Positions 59,267 to 64,000 of a DNA stretch of 64,000 nt are shown piece after piece. The translations under genes and the position numbers were made by a program. The stretch's first letter is position 1; every line of letters starts with the position of its first letter. The stretch is from Candidatus Latescibacterota bacterium. Lineage in GTDB: Bacteria > Latescibacterota > UBA2968 > GCA-2709665. The DNA is taken from positions 224,001-288,000 of the forward strand of contig CAXXJS010000010.1 of NCBI GenBank assembly GCA_963662665.2, given 5' to 3'. Below the pieces are notes generated by a model, which saw only the letters and a list, made by a program, of their open reading frames with translations, ran no database searches and was not told the origin of the DNA.

Positions 59267-62200
59267 ATGAATAACCGATCTTCCGTTTTGTCACGTATCT
59301 CCGTCAATCGTCCGGTGACAATCACGGTGTGCCTGATTGCGCTGCTCGTGATGGGTGCCGTGGCCTATTCCCGGATCGCGGTGAAAATGATGCCGGCGGG
59401 ATTTGATCCGCCCTTTCTGTGGTTGAGCGTCCGGTATCCCGGATCGAACGCCACGCCTCAAGAGGTCGAACAACAGATTACACGGCCCCTGGAGGAGCGC
59501 CTGCGGACCGTCAAGGGAATCGAACAGATCCGGACGTACACGGACAGCCGGGGCGTCGGCGCACCCCTCCGCTTTCAGCAGGATGCCGACATGACCCTGG
59601 CCTACAATCAGTTGAGGGACCAGTTGGACCGGCTCAAGCCGGACCTTCCTGAGGAGGTGCGAGACCGGATTTTCGTATGGAAGTACAACGACGAAGGCTG
59701 GAACATCATGTGGATGGGTGCCGCCCTGGACTCCACCATCGTCGACGTCTACAGTTTCCTGGAGACCCATGTGCAACGGCCTCTGGAGCGCATCGAAGGT
59801 GTTGCCCGTGTGGAACTCTGGGGTGCGGACCCCAAAGAGGTGATGATCGAAATAGACCGTGAGCAACTCATGGCGAGGGGCGTGAACGTCTACGACATGG
59901 TTCGAAGCCTGCAAAACGACAATTTCGCGCTCAAGAGCGGTTACGTTAACGAAGGAACCAAGAAATTCTACGTCCGCTCTCTGGCGCGTTATCGCAGTCT
60001 GGAGGAGATTGGCAATATCCCCGTCGGCTCCCGTCAGGGCGGCGTCAGGTTGCGTGAAGTCGCGGACGTTGTGTACGATATTCCGGCTCGGAGCTGGTAT
60101 CAGCGAATCGACGGGCAGCCGGCTTCTTCAGTGGGGATCAAGGCCGAGTCGGGCGCCGATATCGCCACGGTATGCGACCGCGTTTCGGACGCCCTTATCC
60201 ACATTGAGAACGGGCCGGCTGCAGGGAAAGTGCAATTCAACGTGTTTTTTAACCAGGGTGATCTCATCCGGGGGTCGGTTGCCAATTTGAGAAATACGGG
60301 ACTCTGGGGCGGGTTGTTTGCCGCGTTGATCCTGCTGTTCTTCCTGCGCGTCATCCGAATGACGGCCATTATCACACTGTCTATTCCCCTGTGCGCGATG
60401 ATAACCGTCACGGTGCTTTATTTCTCGGGGTGGTCACTGAATCTTTTGACAATGATGGGATTGATGGTGGGTGTGGGGATGGTCGTAGACAACGCAGTTG
60501 TAATACTGGAGAACATCTACAGGCGGCGGGAAAAGGGCGAGTCGCCCAAGCCGGCTGCCGTCACGGGCGCCAGCGAAGTCGCCATGGCGATTACCATGGC
60601 GACGCTGACCACGGTCGTGGTTTTTCTGCCCCTGATGTTGATGACGGGAAACGTGGGGATGACGTTTTATCTCTCCCGTATGGGCGTCCCCGTAATTGTG
60701 ATGCTGGTGGGGTCGTTGTTCGTGGCGCTCCTGATCATCCCCCTGGCCTCGGTGCGGTTCGGCGGCGGCCGTGTGAAGCCGGATTCCAGGTCCATCGGGT
60801 GGGCGCGGTTGCGTTACGGCCGCGTTCTGAGATGGGCATTGAGCCACCGCCGGGACGCAATACTGATCCTGCTGGCGGTATTTGCGACGATTTCGATTCC
60901 GGCAGGTAAGATGAAACGTTCGGATGCCTCCAGGGGAAACATCAACGACATCGACATCAATATTCGAACGCCGCGCGACTTCACAACGTATGAGACTTTT
61001 GAACTGATGAATGAAGTGGAGGAATTCCTGGATTCCAAGCGGGAGACGTACGGTGTCAGGACGATCCGATCATGGTTCCGCAAGACCCGGGGAAATTTCG
61101 AGATCTACCTCGACTCCAATCCGAACGAAGCCTGGTGGTACGTTGCGTACAAGAATCTTAGATCGGGGCTGGGCGTTCCGGTGGACAATACGATGGCGCG
61201 CGCGGATGTGATTAAGGATTTGAAACAAGACATGCCCAAATACGTAGGGGTCCGCATCGGCGTCGAGAGCCGGGCGCGAGGGGGCGGCGATCCTTCGGTG
61301 TCCGTATATCTCTACGGCGACGATACCGAGGTGCTGGCGGCTCTTGTAACGGCAGTGGAGCGCCGTCTCCGGGAGATACCTTCGGTTGTGAACGTGGACT
61401 CGGACCTGGAACGGTCAACCGACGAGGCGCAGGTCCATATCGACAGGGAGCGGGCGCGGCGGTACGGGATTTCTCCTCAGGTCGTCGCGCGGACGCTGGC
61501 CTTTACCATGCAGGGGGTGAGCCTGCCGCGGTTCCAGTCCGGAGAGCGAGAGGTGGATACGCGCTTGTACCTGGAAGAGGCGGATCGCCAGACGCTGCAT
61601 CATCTGAAGAGTTTCATGTTCACGTCGGCGTCGGGCGAGGAAATCCCTCTTTCGGAACTGGCCAGCTTCAAGGTGACGCCCGGGCGCGGGAGGATTCGAC
61701 GGGAAGACGGCAAGACACGCCTGGCGGTGAGGGCGTTCACGACCAAGGACGATTTAAAGGGACTCTACGCCGATATCGATCGTGCGATGGCCGGCTTTGA
61801 AATGCCAAGGGGTTATTCGTGGAACAAGGGTGAACGCTTCGCCAGGTTCCAGGAGTCCGACAACGAAACGATATTTGCAGTGGTGATGGCGGTTACCTGT
61901 GTCTTTCTGCTGATGGGGGTTTTGTTCGAGTCCGTGGTTCTTCCGTTCTCGGTGCTGTTTTCCATACCGTTCTCATTCCTGGGGGTGTACTGGACGCTCT
62001 ATCTGACCGGTACCCCGATGGACATGATGGCCAATATCGGCATGATCGTGCTGATCGGCGTGGTGGTAAACAACGCGATCGTACTTGTGGATATGATCAA
62101 CCGGATGCGCCTGGAGGGCATGGGCCGCACGAAGGCGATTCTGGAGGCCGGGCACAATAGGTTCCGCCCCATTCTAATGACGACGTTCACCACGGTGTTC

Positions 62201-62422
62201 GGCCTGTTGCCAATGGCATTGGGGAACAGCAATCTGATTGGGATTCCCTATGCGCCGCTGGGACGAACCATGATGGGCGGACTGTTTGTGTCGACGTTCC
62301 TGACCCTGCTGCTTGTGCCCCTGTGCTATACGCTGCTGGACGACTTGCGGGTGTTTCTGCAGAGGGTGGTAAGGGCCGCTTTCTTCCGGCAGGCCGCATA
62401 CGATCAATCGGCAGACGACTGA
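59267..62422 (+). CDS. RND (AcrB/AcrD/AcrF family) transporter permease
   Basis: RPVT, GMVVDNAVVILENI, VVFLP, GVVVNNAIVLVD, RFRPILMTT. Confidence 0.93.
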   Translation: MNNRSSVLSRISVNRPVTITVCLIALLVMGAVAYSRIAVKMMPAGFDPPFLWLSVRYPGSNATPQEVEQQITRPLEERLRTVKGIEQIRTYTDSRGVGAPLRFQQDADMTLAYNQLRDQLDRLKPDLPEEVRDRIFVWKYNDEGWNIMWMGAALDSTIVDVYSFLETHVQRPLERIEGVARVELWGADPKEVMIEIDREQLMARGVNVYDMVRSLQNDNFALKSGYVNEGTKKFYVRSLARYRSLEEIGNIPVGSRQGGVRLREVADVVYDIPARSWYQRIDGQPASSVGIKAESGADIATVCDRVSDALIHIENGPAAGKVQFNVFFNQGDLIRGSVANLRNTGLWGGLFAALILLFFLRVIRMTAIITLSIPLCAMITVTVLYFSGWSLNLLTMMGLMVGVGMVVDNAVVILENIYRRREKGESPKPAAVTGASEVAMAITMATLTTVVVFLPLMLMTGNVGMTFYLSRMGVPVIVMLVGSLFVALLIIPLASVRFGGGRVKPDSRSIGWARLRYGRVLRWALSHRRDAILILLAVFATISIPAGKMKRSDASRGNINDIDINIRTPRDFTTYETFELMNEVEEFLDSKRETYGVRTIRSWFRKTRGNFEIYLDSNPNEAWWYVAYKNLRSGLGVPVDNTMARADVIKDLKQDMPKYVGVRIGVESRARGGGDPSVSVYLYGDDTEVLAALVTAVERRLREIPSVVNVDSDLERSTDEAQVHIDRERARRYGISPQVVARTLAFTMQGVSLPRFQSGEREVDTRLYLEEADRQTLHHLKSFMFTSASGEEIPLSELASFKVTPGRGRIRREDGKTRLAVRAFTTKDDLKGLYADIDRAMAGFEMPRGYSWNKGERFARFQESDNETIFAVVMAVTCVFLLMGVLFESVVLPFSVLFSIPFSFLGVYWTLYLTGTPMDMMANIGMIVLIGVVVNNAIVLVDMINRMRLEGMGRTKAILEAGHNRFRPILMTTFTTVFGLLPMALGNSNLIGIPYAPLGRTMMGGLFVSTFLTLLLVPLCYTLLDDLRVFLQRVVRAAFFRQAAYDQSADD

Positions 62423-62493
62423 TTGACGCGGTGCGGCCGGGGATTGAGCCGTTTTGCGGGTGGTCGCTCAAGTGGTTTTTCCCGGATGACTCC

Positions 62494-62527
62494 AACGCCG
62501 GAGGTGTTTTCCTCCGGCGTTTTCTTG
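62494..62527 (+). terminator. Rho-independent terminator after the RND gene
   Basis: AACGCCGGAGG-TGTTTT-CCTCCGGCGTT followed by TTTCTT. Confidence 0.7.
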
Positions 62528-62698
62528 TCCGTATCGCAAATGTGCCAGGGTTGAAGTGGTCGCTGTTGTACGTTATATTGAGAAGAATTGCTCAACAGTT
62601 GAACCGGCAACGATGCGAGGGTGGCGTCGATTGATTCGCGAAAAAAGCAGGCAACCTCGACAATTGCATGAATTAGTCGGGAGCACAAGGGCGTATCC

Positions 62699-63463
62699 GT
62701 GAATTTCAGGCCGTGTATCGATCTGCGCGGCGGGCGCGTGGTGCAAATTGTGGGGGGGTCGCTGCGGTGCGGCGCCGCGCCGGCGACGAACTTCGAGTCA
62801 GGCCGGCTGCCGTCCGACTACGCGAGGATGTACAGGTCGGACGACCTGCCCGGAGGTCACGTCATCATGCTGGGACCGGGCAACGAGACGGCCGCGTTGT
62901 CCGCGTTGTCAGCCTATCCCGGCGGGCTCCGGGCCGGCGGCGGCATTCGGCCGGGAAACGCGCAACGATATCTGGATGCCGGCGCCAGCCACGTGATTGT
63001 AACGTCGTACGTATTCCGGGATGGACGCGTGGATACCGATCGACTGGACAGGATGGTCCGAACAGTAGGTCGCGACCGCCTGGTGCTGGATCTGAGTTGC
63101 CGGAGGCGCGGCGGCGCATATCATGTGGTGACCGATCTGTGGCAGCGGTTTACAAGCGTCCGGGTGAACGGTACAACGTTAAACTGGCTTTCGGAGTTTT
63201 GTGACGGTTTCCTGGTACACGGGGTGGACGTGGAGGGCACGCGGACGGGGATTGAAGATACGCTGGTGGAATTACTGGGCGCCGAGTCGCCGATAGAAGT
63301 GACGTACGCGGGTGGCGCTCGGCGCCTGGATGATCTGGACCGCGTGGAGAGACTGGGGAACGGTCGTGTGGGACTTACAATTGGCAGCGCGCTGGATATA
63401 TTCGGCGGCGACGTACCCTATGCTGAGGTGGTGGCCTGGCAAAGACGACGTGAGCGGCCCTGA
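62699..63463 (+). CDS. hisA: ProFAR isomerase, His6 (eukaryote-like) type
   Basis: FRPCIDL..G.V.QIVGGSL, GGHVIMLG, GASHVIVTSYVF, LVLDLSCR, HGVDVEG, TIGSALDIFGG. Confidence 0.9.
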   Translation: MNFRPCIDLRGGRVVQIVGGSLRCGAAPATNFESGRLPSDYARMYRSDDLPGGHVIMLGPGNETAALSALSAYPGGLRAGGGIRPGNAQRYLDAGASHVIVTSYVFRDGRVDTDRLDRMVRTVGRDRLVLDLSCRRRGGAYHVVTDLWQRFTSVRVNGTTLNWLSEFCDGFLVHGVDVEGTRTGIEDTLVELLGAESPIEVTYAGGARRLDDLDRVERLGNGRVGLTIGSALDIFGGDVPYAEVVAWQRRRERP

Positions 63464-63540
63464 CGAGACCACGCGCCGGCTGACCGGAATCGTTTGTCCC
63501 CTCCTGGCCATGCCGGCTTCCACTTCACCTGGAGATACCG

Positions 63541-64000
63541 GTGACGACATTTGGGGAGATTGGCGAGTTTGAATTTATCGCGCGGATTGCAACGGCCGGC
63601 CTTGCCCGTCCCGCCGACGTGCGTTGTGGTATCGGGGATGATTGCGCCGTATTGGGGCGTGGAAGCGATCGGGTGCGACTCATTACTTCCGATCTTATGG
63701 TGGAAGGCTGTACACTTCCTGGTTGAGGCGTCCCAACGCCTGGTGGCTGGGTTACAAACTGCTGGCCGTGAACCTGTCCGACGTCGCGGCGATGGGAGGG
63801 GAGCCTCGTGAGGCCCTGGTTTCGGTGGCGGTTCCCCCGGATTTCGACGTCGGCTATATGGAACGCGTCTACGAGGGACTGCACGGGTGCGCAGACCGTT
63901 TGCGGCGTGAACGTCGTGGGGGGCGACACAACGCGGAATACCGGGCCGCTGGTTATGAGTCTGACGCTGACGGGCGAGATGGATCAGGACCGGGTATGCT
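63541..64000 (+). pseudogene. thiL: Thiamine-monophosphate kinase, partial, with three apparent +1 frameshifts (probably sequence errors)
   Basis: GEFEFI, GIGDDCA, D.MVEG | VHF | LGYKLLAVNLSDVAAMGG.P | VVGGDT spread over three frames; extra bases near 63709, 63734 and 63901. Confidence 0.85.

Noticed and set aside
59267-62422. RND permease without adjacent MFP or outer-membrane factor, considered as a novel system
   Set aside because: Orphan RND genes with partners encoded elsewhere are common; nothing else unusual seen

Overview
GC-rich bacterial chromosomal window. The dockerin/EF-hand 'DFDxDGxVGFSDF' protein, the lipoprotein plus FadL-like pair and the sulfatase-like and amidohydrolase content suggest an FCB-type lineage such as Latescibacterota; this is inference only. 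Most of the window is housekeeping or catabolic: smc, a YtrA/GntR-ABC operon, ubiX/ubiA-like genes, a minus-strand hydrolase cluster, manA, a PIN toxin-antitoxin pair, glnS, prs, gltX with three tRNAs, nnr, a split carB with pyrK-pyrD, an S1 protein, arfB, an RND pump, a His6-type hisA and a frameshifted thiL. The most notable structure is non-coding. Three MITE families (4, 3 and 2 copies) are scattered through intergenic regions. A 756-nt ORF-less group II intron (10649-11404, minus strand) sits inside the terminal inverted repeat of one MITE copy, and its EBS1 pairs perfectly only with that copy's sequence variant. Next to it, an IS630-derived MITE and two IS630 elements are stacked on shared CTAG/TA sites. 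The ORF track also misses a SelW/Rdx selenoprotein (CxxU, in-frame TGA, SECIS-like hairpin) at 16448-16789. All product calls come from motif recognition by eye, not database searches.
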